Assembly (NCBI GenBank): GCA_036006525.1
Contig: DASYPP010000060.1
Location: forward strand, 23,794 to 87,793
Length of the DNA: 64,000 nt
Origin: Gemmatimonadales bacterium
GTDB taxonomy: Bacteria; Gemmatimonadota; Gemmatimonadetes; Gemmatimonadales; GWC2-71-9
Direction: 5' to 3'
The number at the start of each line of letters is the position of its first letter. Positions within the stretch are counted from its first letter, which is position 1. Both the position numbers and the translations under genes were made by a program. Below the pieces are notes generated by a model that had not been told where the DNA came from, did no database searches, and saw only the letters and a list, made by a program, of their open reading frames with translations. Shown here in pieces: positions 1 to 11,157 of this stretch.

Positions 1-340
1 ACCGGCCACCGACGTGCCGCCCCCGGATCCAGTGGAACGGCTTGTCCTGGTCGAAACTGTAGGGATTCTCCCGGTCATTCACGAAGAACTTGGAGCCCAA
101 TTCGTCGCAGGCGTAGCAGTTCTTCTGGATAAACTGGTCCCGTTCCAGCCGGGCCCGGTCGCCAAAGCCTCGGAAGTGCATTTCCCAGGGCTGCACGTGC
201 TCGACATAGTCCTTCGCGGGATCGATCGGGCCGCCCGCCTCGAGCACCAGGGTCCGGAGCCCGCGCTCGGTCAGTTCCTTCGCGGCCCAACCGCCGGAGA
301 TCCCGGAACCGACGACGATTGCGTCGAAATCAATTGCCAT
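1..340 (-). CDS. GMC-family FAD oxidoreductase (gluconate 2-dehydrogenase flavoprotein-like), N-terminal fragment; continues past window start
   Basis: Not in ORF track because it runs off the edge. Reverse translation from ATG comp(338..340) gives MAIDFDAIVVGSGISGGWAAKELTERGLRTLVLEAGG...HWIRGRHVGG. It has a GxGxxG Rossmann FAD motif and lies downstream of its usual small-subunit partner. Confidence 0.8.
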   Translation of the reverse strand, partial: MAIDFDAIVVGSGISGGWAAKELTERGLRTLVLEAGGPIDPAKDYVEHVQPWEMHFRGFGDRARLERDQFIQKNCYACDELGSKFFVNDRENPYSFDQDKPFHWIRGRHVGGR

Positions 341-365
341 AGGCCTGTACTTTCGGAACGTCGGT

Positions 366-515
366 TTCAAAAAGCTCCTCGTGGCGGACGCGGTGCAGCG
401 CGGCGCACGCGGTGAAAATCAAGGACACTATTGTGACACCCTCGAGAACTTCGTTGAAGTGCTTCGCCGCGGCCTCCGCGAAACGCCGCGGTCGCCGCGG
501 GGAGGAGTTGCAAGG
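366..515. repeat. long inverted-repeat element, CTCCTCG/CGCGG-unit arms (copy 1 of 4)
   Basis: Left arm 374..413 gctcctcgtggcggacgcggtgcagcgcggcgcacgcggtg. Right arm 462..515 cttcgccgcggcctccgcgaaacgccgcggtcgccgcggggaggagttgcaagg. Lies between the two dehydrogenase subunit genes. Confidence 0.7.
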
Positions 516-532
516 CTCAAATCCAACCTCAT

Positions 533-1114
533 CTATCGGGCCCGATACCCGACGAAGGGGGCGCAGCCATCATACCGGCCGGGGATGACCTGGTTGTGAA
601 GCTCCCGGGTGGCTCCCACTTCAGAAGTGTAGTAGCCGTACAGGGTAAGGCCCTTGAGCCGGTGGTAGAAACTGTTGTTCAAGTTCTCGTGCCGGCTGCG
701 CATCGCCTGGGCTTCGCTGTCCAGCGCGGTGAGCAGGCCGACCTGGTCCGCTTCGGTGCCGTCCACGAAATCCTTGCCGAATCGTTCCCGGCTTTTCGTG
801 TCCAGGCTCTCCAGTCCTTCCATGAACCGGTCGCGATCTTCCGGGGTGTCCCATTCGCCGACGATTACCGCGATGAACCCGGTCACCCCGGCCGCGAGGG
901 CGCCCGGGGTGTCGGTGGCCGGCAAGATCAACTCGGTGGCGCGATCGAGGGTCGCGGCCTGGTGCGGCGTGAAGGGTCCCACCGGGCCCGTTGTCGGGCG
1001 AGTCCGGGCGTGCGCCTTGGCGCCCCGGGCCAGCAATTCATCCGGAGTGAACGCGGCCAGGGCGCTACCGGCGGTGAGTCCACCCAGCAGGCCCAGCAAT
1101 TCGCGGCGATGCAT
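533..1114 (-). CDS. gluconate 2-dehydrogenase subunit 3 family protein (Tat-signal small subunit)
   Basis: 193 aa. Twin-arginine-like signal MHRRELLGLLGGLTAGSALAA; C-terminal FYHRLKGLTLYGYYTSEVG is typical of this family; paired with the GMC gene. Confidence 0.7.
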   Translation of the reverse strand: MHRRELLGLLGGLTAGSALAAFTPDELLARGAKAHARTRPTTGPVGPFTPHQAATLDRATELILPATDTPGALAAGVTGFIAVIVGEWDTPEDRDRFMEGLESLDTKSRERFGKDFVDGTEADQVGLLTALDSEAQAMRSRHENLNNSFYHRLKGLTLYGYYTSEVGATRELHNQVIPGRYDGCAPFVGYRAR

Positions 1115-1186
1115 GCGGGCTCCACAAGAGTTGCGGAAGAGTGCAAGCCTAAGTTGGCGATTCGGGCGAGCGGGCGCCAGAGCGTT

Positions 1187-1675
1187 TTACGCTTTTCGCC
1201 CGCTACCCCGGGTCGCCGCGGGCGAGCCGCGAATGAAACCGATGTAATCCGTCGGCGCCGGGGTGGAACCACCGGCGCGCATCGCGGCGGCCAGCTGGCC
1301 GCGATGGTAGCTGCCGTGAAGACAGACGTGGAGCAGGATGTCTTCGACCGTCGAGGTGAACTCCTGCCCCGCAGAATTGATGTAGCGGACGCTCCGGGCC
1401 CGCTCCGCCGGCGGCAGTGCGGCGACGAAGGCGGTGAACTCCTTCCCGTTTTCTTCGGCCAGCCGGCGGCAGTCGGCCAGGGACAGGACCGGCCAGACTG
1501 CCACATGGGGCGCGAATCCCCTGATACGTGACAGCCAGACGTGCTCGGCCCCCAGGATGTGTCCGAACAGCTCGAGCCAGCGCTCGGCGGTAGCCGGCGC
1601 GGCCTCCAGGGCCGCCAGGACGGCGGCATCGGACCACGCCAGATGGGCGAAGAGTCTTTCGATGTAATCGGTCAT
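1187..1675 (-). CDS. DinB family protein
   Basis: ORF 1187..1741 trimmed to MTDYIERLFAHLAWSD (ATG comp 1673..1675). DinB-like His motifs: HILGAEHVW and LLHVCLHGSYHRGQL. Confidence 0.7.
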   Translation of the reverse strand: MTDYIERLFAHLAWSDAAVLAALEAAPATAERWLELFGHILGAEHVWLSRIRGFAPHVAVWPVLSLADCRRLAEENGKEFTAFVAALPPAERARSVRYINSAGQEFTSTVEDILLHVCLHGSYHRGQLAAAMRAGGSTPAPTDYIGFIRGSPAATRGSGRKA

Positions 1676-1777
1676 GGGACCCGCACTGGATGATAGTTCA
1701 GGGTATTCCCCGATGGTTCCCACTCGTTGTCCAGCAACCACTTGCGGTTTCTCTGCAGGCGGCGCATGCTCATTAAC

Positions 1778-2818
1778 ATGACCCTGTATGACCCGACACA
1801 GGCCCGAATCCTTATCGTGGACGACGAGGAAAAAAATGTCAACGTCCTGGGGCGGATGCTGGCCAGCGCGGGCTATGGCACCATCCGGGGTTGCACCGAC
1901 TCGACCCAGGCCATCAGCACAGTCCAGGAGTTCAGCCCTGACCTGATCCTGCTCGACCTGACCATGCCGTCACTGGATGGCTTCGAGGTCATGGAAGCGC
2001 TCAATGCCCTGTTACCCCCCGACAGCTACCTTCCGATCCTGATTCTCACCGGAGATATCCGCTTCGAGGCCCGACAGCGCGCGCTCTCCAGCGGCGCCAA
2101 GGACTTTCTGCTCAAGCCCTTCGACATGACGGAGGTCCTGCTCCGGATTCGCAACCTGCTGGAGACTCGCTTTCTCTATCTGCTGCATAAAGACCAGAAC
2201 CAGATGCTCGAAATCCGGGTCGCGGCGCGAACCGGGGAGCTGGAGGAGGCGCGAGTGGAGATTCTGCAGCGGCTCTCCTACGCGGCGGAGTTTCGGGACG
2301 ACGATACCGGGCAGCACACCAAGCGGGTGGCCAGCCTGGCGATGGCGCTAGGTGCGTCGCTGGGATTGGACCGCGAACGGCTCGAGCTGATTCACCTCAC
2401 CGCACAACTCCACGATGTGGGCAAGATCGGGATTCCCGACGCGGTGTTGCTGAAGCCCGGCAAGCTCACGGCGGGTGAGTTCGAAATCATGAAGACCCAC
2501 ACCTCGATCGGAGCCAGGATCTTCGCGGGCGGCAAGTCACCCCTGGTGCGGATGGCGGAAGCTATTGCGCTCAATCACCACGAGAGATGGAACGGGACCG
2601 GATACCCCAATGGGCTCAAGGGCGAGGCGATCCCGCTGGAAGCGCGCCTGGTATCGGTGGCCGATGTCTACGATGCCCTGAGCCATCCGCGGCCGTATCG
2701 GGGCGCATGGAGCCCCGCCGATACTCGAAAGGAAATCGAACAGGGAGCCGGCGGCCACTTCGATCCCGAGCTGGTCGAGATCTTCCTCAAGCTGCCGGCC
2801 GACGCCTTTCCCCGCTGA
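1778..2818 (+). CDS. response regulator with HD-GYP output domain (c-di-GMP phosphodiesterase type)
   Basis: Receiver domain (ILIVDDEE...DLILLDLTMPSLDG...KPF) followed by HD-GYP (HDVGKIGIP...HHERWNGTGYP). Start moved to ATG 1778 (MTLYDPTQARILIVDD). Confidence 0.85.
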   Translation: MTLYDPTQARILIVDDEEKNVNVLGRMLASAGYGTIRGCTDSTQAISTVQEFSPDLILLDLTMPSLDGFEVMEALNALLPPDSYLPILILTGDIRFEARQRALSSGAKDFLLKPFDMTEVLLRIRNLLETRFLYLLHKDQNQMLEIRVAARTGELEEARVEILQRLSYAAEFRDDDTGQHTKRVASLAMALGASLGLDRERLELIHLTAQLHDVGKIGIPDAVLLKPGKLTAGEFEIMKTHTSIGARIFAGGKSPLVRMAEAIALNHHERWNGTGYPNGLKGEAIPLEARLVSVADVYDALSHPRPYRGAWSPADTRKEIEQGAGGHFDPELVEIFLKLPADAFPR

Positions 2819-2840
2819 ATCTGCGGCTCACTGACCACAC

Positions 2841-2903
2841 CTGTAGTAGACCCACCTCAGCCGCCTCGAACACCGCCACATACCGTCTACTAACTGTAGT
2901 AGC
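2841..2903. repeat. short direct plus inverted repeat (CTGTAGTAG x2; TAGTAGAC/GTCTACTA)
   Basis: ctgtagtagac at 2841..2851 and gtctactaactgtagtagc at 2885..2903, upstream of the first Kelch lipoprotein gene. Confidence 0.5.
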
Positions 2904-2992
2904 AGAAATGATTTACGCATTGAGTCCCAACCGCATTCCGGGCCTTAAACCTGCTGGGATGAGGCGAAATCATCTTCATCGCTGGGGAAACC

Positions 2993-5194
2993 ATGATCGC
3001 ACCACGACTTGGCCGCTGGACGCTTCTGGCTGCCTTGCTGCTTGTGGCCTCCTGTACCGATACGAGCAACGCCCCCTCCGGGCGGGGCTTGCCTGTCAGT
3101 TTTTCCGTGTTCTCCGGCAATGGCCAGAACGGCACTGTCGGCCAGGAGCTTCCCCAGCCGATCAAGGTGCTGGCGACTGATGTGAATAACCAGCCCATCG
3201 CGAACCAGGTCGTGAACTTCGTGGTGACGGCGGGAGGCGGCAGCGTGTTCGCCGGCACCGCGCTCACCAACGTGAACGGCATCGCGGCGGAAGTCTGGCG
3301 GCTGGGAACGGTAGCGGGATCGGTGCAAACGGTGGAAGTTCGCGCGGTGGCGTCCGACGGCACCAAGCAGGTGTTCGGCGTCTTCACCGCGAATGCCCTC
3401 GCTGGAGCGCCCGACACCATCGTCATCAACGGGGGTGACAACCAGAGCGCGCCGGTGAACGCGGCGGTGGCGATCGACCCCTCGGTACGGCTGGCCGACC
3501 AGTACGGCAACCCGGTCCCCGGCCACTCGGTCACCTTCCTGGTATTGAGCGGAGGCGGTGGGATCACCGGCTCGCCCGCTCTGAGCAATTCGTCCGGCAT
3601 CGCGACCGTGGGCAGCTGGAGCATGGGACCCACGGCCGGGACCAATACGCTCCGGGCCACCGCCGCGGGATTGCCGTCGACCCCCGTGGTCTTCACGGCG
3701 ACCGGGCAGGCGGTCTCGACCCCGCAGCTCGCGATCACCACCCAGCCGGCGGTGAACGGGCAGAGCGGCGTGGTTCTCAATCCCCAGCCGGTCCTGCAAC
3801 TCCAGGACAACCAGGGCCAGCCGCTGCACCAGGCCAATGTCGCCGTCACCGCGTCCATCAACAGCGGCGGCGGCACCCTGGGCGGCACGGTTACCGTGAA
3901 CACCGATATCAACGGCGTTGTGACCTTCACCAACCTGTCCATCTCGGGCCTCGTGGGTCCCCGCACTCTCGCGTTCAACGCGACTGGAGTGACCGGCGTG
4001 ACCTCGGGAACCGTCAACCTCGCGGCGGGCCTGGCGGCGCAGATCGCGGTGAACGACGGTAACGGGCAGTCGGCCAATGCCGGCAGCGCCCTCAGCACGG
4101 CGCCCTCGGTGATCGTCACCGACGGGGCCGGCAACCCGGTGGCCGGCGTCTCGGTCACCTTCATTCCCGCGACCGGCGGCGGCAGCGTGACCGGCGGAGG
4201 GCAGACCACGGACGCGTTCGGCGTGGCGCGGGTGGGAAGTTGGACCCTGGGACCCACATCGGGGAGCAACACCCTGAGCGCGACGGCCACCGGCTCCGGG
4301 ATCAGCGGCAATCCAGTCACCATCACCGCCACTGCCTTGGGGAATTTCTGGATGACGCGCGCGTCGATGCCGACGCCGCGCCGCTTCACGGCGTTCGGCG
4401 TCATCAACGGCCTGCTGTACGTCGCCGGCGGGAAGAACGCCAGCCTGACAGTGGTCAAGACGCTCGAGATCTACAACCCCGCGACCAATACCTGGACCAT
4501 CGGCAAGGGGATGAACTCGGCGCGGGTGGGCGCGGCCTACGGCGTGATCAATGGTCTGCTCTACGTGGCGGGTGGAACCAGCCCCACGAATGTCGACCTG
4601 GCAACCGTCGAGTCCTACAACCCGGCGACCAATACCTGGACCAACCGGGCCAGCATGCCTGCGCCGCGAAACTTTGGTGCCTCGGCAGTGGTGAACGGTA
4701 TCCTGTATGTCGCCGCCGGCGGCACATCTGCGGGCCAGACCAACCTGGTGTACGCCTACGATCCGGTGTCCAACACGTGGAGCACCAAGGCATCGCTGCC
4801 GGCGGTGCGGAACGACGCGGTAGGTGCGGCAGTCGGCAACCTGTTCTACGTCATCGGCGGGCAGCAGAACAACACCAACGACGGAGCATTGCAGGTATAC
4901 AACCCGGCCACCGACACCTGGAGCCAGGCCGCCACCATGGGCACGCCACGCTTCCACACCAACGCGGTGGTTTATAACGGATTGATCTACGTCGCCGGCG
5001 GGCTCCTGACCGGTGCCATCGCGACACCGGTTACCGAGTACTATGACCCGGCTTCCAATACCTGGACCCCGGTTGCCGACATGCCGACCGGCCGCAGTGG
5101 TGCCGCGATTGGCCTCATCGGTGGCATCCTCTACGTGGCCGGCGGCAGCGCCAACAGCAACGTGCTGGGAAGCAACGAAGCGTACGTGCCATAA
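2993..5194 (+). CDS. lipoprotein with N-terminal bacterial Ig-like (Big_1/invasin-type) repeats and a C-terminal six-blade Kelch propeller
   Basis: 733 aa with lipobox LLLVAS-C. About four Ig-like segments share the recurring pattern V.F.V..GGGS...T...G.A.V..W.LG...G.N.L. These are followed by six Kelch-like blades (P.PR....GV.NG.LYV.GG......E.YNP..N.W). Confidence 0.75.
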   Translation: MIAPRLGRWTLLAALLLVASCTDTSNAPSGRGLPVSFSVFSGNGQNGTVGQELPQPIKVLATDVNNQPIANQVVNFVVTAGGGSVFAGTALTNVNGIAAEVWRLGTVAGSVQTVEVRAVASDGTKQVFGVFTANALAGAPDTIVINGGDNQSAPVNAAVAIDPSVRLADQYGNPVPGHSVTFLVLSGGGGITGSPALSNSSGIATVGSWSMGPTAGTNTLRATAAGLPSTPVVFTATGQAVSTPQLAITTQPAVNGQSGVVLNPQPVLQLQDNQGQPLHQANVAVTASINSGGGTLGGTVTVNTDINGVVTFTNLSISGLVGPRTLAFNATGVTGVTSGTVNLAAGLAAQIAVNDGNGQSANAGSALSTAPSVIVTDGAGNPVAGVSVTFIPATGGGSVTGGGQTTDAFGVARVGSWTLGPTSGSNTLSATATGSGISGNPVTITATALGNFWMTRASMPTPRRFTAFGVINGLLYVAGGKNASLTVVKTLEIYNPATNTWTIGKGMNSARVGAAYGVINGLLYVAGGTSPTNVDLATVESYNPATNTWTNRASMPAPRNFGASAVVNGILYVAAGGTSAGQTNLVYAYDPVSNTWSTKASLPAVRNDAVGAAVGNLFYVIGGQQNNTNDGALQVYNPATDTWSQAATMGTPRFHTNAVVYNGLIYVAGGLLTGAIATPVTEYYDPASNTWTPVADMPTGRSGAAIGLIGGILYVAGGSANSNVLGSNEAYVP

Positions 5195-5198
5195 GCTG

Positions 5199-5233
5199 CA
5201 GAAGATGTGAACCAGAAGTGAATAAGAAGTGAG
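5199..5233. repeat. tandem ~11-bp units with AGAAGTGA core
   Basis: cagaagatgtga accagaagtga ataagaagtga, in the gap between the two Kelch paralogues. No inverted partner seen. Confidence 0.4.
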
Positions 5234-5318
5234 CGGCGGGAGGGGGAAGCTGGCCTGAGTCGTGCTAATGGAATGGTGGGGTTTGCCTCGTTCCTGGACA
5301 CGATTTCCGGAGCTCTCG

Positions 5319-7502
5319 GTGCCAGCTTTTCGCCCAGCCATTCTGTGCCTTGTCCCGCTTGCGCTTCTGCTCGCCTCCTGCGGCGCCAGCGACAGCACCG
5401 GTGTTTCCAACCGCGGTGTTCTCCTCGAAATCAAGAACGGCGATCAGCAGACTGGCACCGTCGGCGCCAGCCTGCCGGCGCCGGTTGAAGTGCAGGTTAC
5501 CGACCTGCTCGATCACCCGGTGTCCGGGCAGGTGGTGAACTTCATCGTGGTCGCGGGCGGCGGCGATATTGCGCGCACCGTGTACACCAACGGGAACGGG
5601 GTCGCGAGCGTCACGTGGCAACTGGGGACGGTCGCCGGCTCGAGCCAGCAGGTAGAAGCCCGGACCCTGGGCGGTGACGGCATTCGCAAGTCGATCCTGA
5701 TCACCGCCACCGCAGCAGCCGATCAACCGGATACCATCACGGCCATGAGCGCGATCCAGCTCTCCGCGGCGGCCGGCACAGCGGTGCGAACCCGGCCCAG
5801 CGTGCGGCTGGCGGATCACTACGGCAACCTGGTGACCAATCACCCGGTGACTTTCGCCGTCACCACCGGTGGCGGCAGCCTGCAGGGTGCGGTCGCGACC
5901 ACTGACTCTCTCGGTATCGCCACGGTCCAGCGCTGGACGCTGGGTTCGGCCCAGGGTCCCAACCAGGTCACCGCGACTGCCGCCGGGCTGCCTCCCCTCT
6001 CCTTCAACGCCAATGCCACCTCGCCGCTCGCCAGCCACATCGGGCTGACCATGGAGCCCGCGCCGGTGGGGCAGAGCGGAGTCACCCTCACCCAGCAGCC
6101 GGTGCTGCAGATCATGAACGACAGCGGCGATCCCATTCCGCAGTCCGGCGTGCCGGTGACCGCCAGCCTCGTGAATGGTACCGGGCTCCTGATCGGGTCT
6201 GCGACCGTCAACACCGATACCCTGGGGATCGCGACGTTCTCCAACCTGGCGATCGGCGGAACCGTCGGCCTGTTCAGCGTCCAGTTTGTCGCGCCATCCC
6301 TCGCGCCCGATACCTCCGCCACGATCGCGCTTGCCGCGGGGCCGGCCACCACGTTCGGATCCAACGCGGGACTCAACCAGAGCGCCAATGCCGGGGCCAC
6401 GCTCCCCATCGCCCCCAACGTCAGGGTGTCGGATGACTGGGGCAACGGTATCCCGGGCGTGACGGTGGTATTCACCGTGGCACTGGGCGGCGGCTCGGTC
6501 ACCGGCGGCACCCAGGTCACCGGGAGCGACGGCACGGCTACGCTCGGATCATGGACCCTGGGTCCTCTTCCCGGAACCAATTCGCTCTCCGCCACGGCCG
6601 GCAGCAGCAACCTCTCGGGCAACCCGCAGACGATCGAGGCCACCGGGTTGGGCGATTTCTGGTCGCCCCGCGCGTCGATGACCACCCCGCGGCGTTTCGC
6701 CGGGTTCGCGATCAACGCCGGGCTCCTGTACACCGTCGGCGGCAAGGACGTCAACCTTGCGGTCACCAGCGTGACCGAGGTCTACAATCCGGCCGCGAAC
6801 ACCTGGAGTCCGCGGGCCAGCATGACCACCGCCCGGGTCGGCGCGGCGGCCGGCTTCATCGGCGGCAAGCTGTATGTGGCGGGCGGCAATGGCGCGAACG
6901 GTCTCGCTACCCTGAACACCGAGGTCTATTCGCCGAACAACACGTGGGCTCCGTTCGCCGCGTTGCCGGGGCCGCGGGCGTTTCCGGCTTTCGGGGTATT
7001 GAACGGGCAGTTGATCCTGGCGGCGGGCGCCGACAATGTCGGCCAGCTGTCCTCGGTCGTAATGTACGATCCGGTGACGAATGCGTGGACGGCCAGGGAT
7101 TCACTGCCGGTGGCGAGAAACGACGCGGTCGGCGTGGTGCTTGGCGGGAAGTTCTACGTGATCGGCGGCCAGGCGGGGAACACGGTGGACGGAGCCCTCT
7201 ACGGGTACGATCCCCAGAGCGACAGCTGGACCACGCTCGCGTCGATGCCGACCCCCAGGTACCACGCGAATGCGGAAGTGCTGAATGGCAGGATTTACGT
7301 GGTCAGTGGAATTGTAGCCGGCGGGAATACTACGCCGGTGGTGGAAGTGTATGACCCGGCAACCAACACGTGGTCCACCGCCACCGACGTCACCACCGAA
7401 CGCTCGGCGGGTGCGATCGGCGTGGTGAATGGAATCCTCTACCTGGCCGGCGGGAGCTCGAACAACACGGTGACCGGCGTGCTGGAAGCGTACGTCCCAT
7501 AA
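5319..7502 (+). CDS. lipoprotein, paralogue of 2993..5194 (Ig-like repeats + Kelch propeller)
   Basis: Same architecture as the upstream gene, roughly half the residues identical by eye, and both end in EAYVP. Start uncertain: GTG 5319 (GGAG 6 nt upstream; VPAFRPAILCLVPLALLLAS-C lipobox) is preferred over 5262/5268. Confidence 0.7.
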   Translation: MPAFRPAILCLVPLALLLASCGASDSTGVSNRGVLLEIKNGDQQTGTVGASLPAPVEVQVTDLLDHPVSGQVVNFIVVAGGGDIARTVYTNGNGVASVTWQLGTVAGSSQQVEARTLGGDGIRKSILITATAAADQPDTITAMSAIQLSAAAGTAVRTRPSVRLADHYGNLVTNHPVTFAVTTGGGSLQGAVATTDSLGIATVQRWTLGSAQGPNQVTATAAGLPPLSFNANATSPLASHIGLTMEPAPVGQSGVTLTQQPVLQIMNDSGDPIPQSGVPVTASLVNGTGLLIGSATVNTDTLGIATFSNLAIGGTVGLFSVQFVAPSLAPDTSATIALAAGPATTFGSNAGLNQSANAGATLPIAPNVRVSDDWGNGIPGVTVVFTVALGGGSVTGGTQVTGSDGTATLGSWTLGPLPGTNSLSATAGSSNLSGNPQTIEATGLGDFWSPRASMTTPRRFAGFAINAGLLYTVGGKDVNLAVTSVTEVYNPAANTWSPRASMTTARVGAAAGFIGGKLYVAGGNGANGLATLNTEVYSPNNTWAPFAALPGPRAFPAFGVLNGQLILAAGADNVGQLSSVVMYDPVTNAWTARDSLPVARNDAVGVVLGGKFYVIGGQAGNTVDGALYGYDPQSDSWTTLASMPTPRYHANAEVLNGRIYVVSGIVAGGNTTPVVEVYDPATNTWSTATDVTTERSAGAIGVVNGILYLAGGSSNNTVTGVLEAYVP

Positions 7503-7503
7503 C

Positions 7504-7586
7504 GATTGAGGGGAGTGAAGGGAGTGAAGGGAGTGAAGGGATTGTGGGATTGAAGCAATCCCCTCAATCCCATCAATCCCATCAAT
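7504..7586. repeat. tandem-unit hairpin (9-mers GTGAAGGGA / TCCCATCAA)
   Basis: gattgagggga + (gtgaaggga)x3 + ttgtggga ttgaag, then caatcccctcaatcccatcaatcccatcaat. Perfect central stem gggattg-aag-caatccc (7546..7562). Between convergent genes, and overlaps the rlmN stop. Confidence 0.8.
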
Positions 7587-8643
7587 TCTTACGAACCCTC
7601 TCCTTCTTTTCGACTTCCACTCTCAATTGGCCGCAGGCCGCACTGATATCGAGTCCGCGGCTTCTCCGCACCACCGCCTCCACGCCCTGATTCCGGAGCC
7701 GGTCCGCAAAGGCGTGGATCCGGTTTCCTGACGATGGCGTCAGGTCGGGCGCCCCGCCGGGATGCAGCGGCAGAAGATTGACCAGCGCGCCCAGGCTTCG
7801 GGCCAGCTTGACCAGCTGGTCCGCATCTCGATCGGTGTCGTTCTTTCCCGCGATCAGTACGTACTCGAAGGTGACCCGCTTGCGAAACACGCGAGCGGCT
7901 TTGAGCACGGCATCCAGGTCGTATTTCTTCTCGATAGGCATGATCGCCCGGCGGCGCTCGGTGGTCGGAGCGTGCAGGGAGATCGCCAGCCGGAACTGCT
8001 CCGGCCGCAGGGCCAGCGACTCCATCCCGGGTATGATCCCCACGGTGCTCACCGTGATGTGCCGGGCGCCGATGCCGAGTCCTGCCGGATGGTTCAGGAT
8101 GGTGAGCGCGGTATCCACCGCCGGCCAGTTGAGCAGCGGCTCCCCCATGCCCATGAAGACCACGTTGGTGGCGGCCTCGTCAGGATGCCGGAGTACCACC
8201 TCGCGCGCCTGACCCGCGATCTCGAAGGGCGAGAGATTGCGCCGGAATCCCATGCGGCCGGTTGCGCAGAAGACGCAACCCAGCGCGCAGCCCGACTGCG
8301 ACGATACGCAGAGCGTCCGCCGGGTGCCGGAGGGGATGAGCACCGATTCGATGGCTTCGCCGTCCGGGAGGCGCCAGAGAAACTTTCGGGTCCCATCGCT
8401 GCTATCCTGCCGGGTTTCGAGCTGAAGTTCCGGCAAGGGGAGCTCCCGGTCGAGCTCATCGCGCAGTCCCGCGGGCAGTTCGGTCGCTTCGGCCCAGCGC
8501 CGCACCGGGCGGGTCCAGAGTCGATCCACGATCTGGCCGGCCCGATAGCGGGGCAGGGACTTGGTTTTGACCCATTCCTCGACGCGGGCCTTTGCGTCCG
8601 TGGGGCTGAGGTCGAGGATGGTTGGGTCCGGGAGCTTTGACAT
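7582..8643 (-). CDS. rlmN: 23S rRNA (adenine2503-C2)-methyltransferase, radical SAM
   Basis: Radical SAM motif SGCALGCVFCATG (CxxxCxxC), GMGEPLLN, C-terminal ISAACGQL. Start trimmed to MSKLPDP (ATG comp 8641..8643). Confidence 0.9.
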   Translation of the reverse strand: MSKLPDPTILDLSPTDAKARVEEWVKTKSLPRYRAGQIVDRLWTRPVRRWAEATELPAGLRDELDRELPLPELQLETRQDSSDGTRKFLWRLPDGEAIESVLIPSGTRRTLCVSSQSGCALGCVFCATGRMGFRRNLSPFEIAGQAREVVLRHPDEAATNVVFMGMGEPLLNWPAVDTALTILNHPAGLGIGARHITVSTVGIIPGMESLALRPEQFRLAISLHAPTTERRRAIMPIEKKYDLDAVLKAARVFRKRVTFEYVLIAGKNDTDRDADQLVKLARSLGALVNLLPLHPGGAPDLTPSSGNRIHAFADRLRNQGVEAVVRRSRGLDISAACGQLRVEVEKKERVRKN

Positions 8644-8743
8644 GGCAGTAAGATAGGCACCCTGCAAGGTCCTGAATGCGGCAATGTGGGAATGGGGGAA
8701 TCAAGAAACAGGTAACGGATCCCATCGAATTGTGGCATTTCGA

Positions 8744-8775
8744 CTTACCGTCTTACCGTCTTACCGCCTTACCGT
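8744..8775. repeat. tandem array (CTTACCGY)x4
   Basis: cttaccgt cttaccgt cttaccgc cttaccgt. The upstream short array aatgtgggaatgggggaatc (8683..8703) is not complementary to it. Confidence 0.7.
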
Positions 8776-8817
8776 CCTGTTGTTACGTTTCCCCCATGAC
8801 ACCGCCCCCCGGACCGT

Positions 8818-9273
8818 GTGCTCCTTGCTGACCTGATCACCCCCCAGCGCATCCGCCTGCCGGTCGAAGCACAGGATAAACCCGGTGCTCTGCGAGAGTT
8901 AGCGCAGTTCCTGGCGGAGCAATGGGGCGGCGGAGTCGAGGACATCATCCAGGGTGTCGAGGAGCGGGAACGCTCGCTCGGTACCGGCATCGGCTTCGGG
9001 GTAGCGATTCCCCATGGCAAGTCGCCAACCATGCGGGAGCTGGGCGCGGTTTGCGGGGTGACGGCGACCCCGATCGCCTGGGAATCGGTTGATGGCGAAC
9101 CGGTGCGGCTCCTGTTCATGCTGGCCGGGCCGGAGTCCTCCGCGGGAATCCATGTCAAAGTGCTGAGCCGGATCGCGCGGCTGGTGCGGCGCGAGGCGGT
9201 TCGGCAGCGGCTATTGCAGGCCACCAGCCCGGAGGAATTGCACCGGGCGATCCGTGAATCCGAGACCTGGTAA
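8818..9273 (+). CDS. ptsN: PTS EIIA(Ntr)-type nitrogen regulatory protein
   Basis: 151 aa. GTGIGFGVAIPHGK (phospho-His context) and VRLLFMLAGP. GTG start. Confidence 0.75.
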   Translation: MLLADLITPQRIRLPVEAQDKPGALRELAQFLAEQWGGGVEDIIQGVEERERSLGTGIGFGVAIPHGKSPTMRELGAVCGVTATPIAWESVDGEPVRLLFMLAGPESSAGIHVKVLSRIARLVRREAVRQRLLQATSPEELHRAIRESETW

Positions 9274-9284
9274 ACTCTTCTACG

Positions 9285-9311
9285 CTAGTCGGGCGCGGAG
9301 GCCCGACCTAC
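9285..9311. repeat. single REP-like palindrome ending CTAC
   Basis: ctagtcgggc-gcggag-gcccgacctac. About 22/25 identical to the right arm of the doublet at 52883..52907. Between ptsN and aspS. Confidence 0.65.
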
Positions 9312-9314
9312 TCA

Positions 9315-11069
<1,755 letters not shown>

Positions 11070-11087
<18 letters not shown>

Positions 11088-11142
11088 CATGTGACAAGTG
11101 GACGACGGCAGGCCTTGTCACTTGTCACCTGTCACTTGTCAC
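11070..11142. repeat. tandem-unit hairpin (7-mers GTGACAA / TTGTCAC)
   Basis: gtgacaagtgacaagtaacatgtgacaagtgg - acgacggcagg - ccttgtcacttgtcacctgtcacttgtcac. Contains the aspS stop codon. Confidence 0.8.
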
Positions 11143-11157
11143 AAAAGAGGAGCACGC

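Noticed and set aside
14-415. 133-aa plus-strand ORF at the window start
   Set aside because: It is antisense to the clearly recognisable GMC oxidoreductase N-terminus (comp 1..340) and continues into a repeat element.
2945-5434. Very long antisense ORFs (829 aa here). Similar ones occur at 2890..4458, 5840..6766, 9327..10907, 16770..18377, 23053..24855, 26658..28400, 29096..30001, 31204..32682, 42123..43862 and 60992..61804.
   Set aside because: Stop-poor antisense frames are typical of GC-rich DNA. The translations are Arg/Gly/Pro/His-rich low complexity with no recognisable motifs, whereas the opposite strand encodes clear conserved domains.
11098-11157. N-terminal extensions in the ORF track that read through repeats (starts at 11098, 18554, 26159, 28382, 33332, 38084; also 21830 and comp 1741)
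   Set aside because: The extra residues are translations of the palindromic elements or overlap a neighbouring gene. Internal ATG/GTG starts give N-termini matching the protein families.
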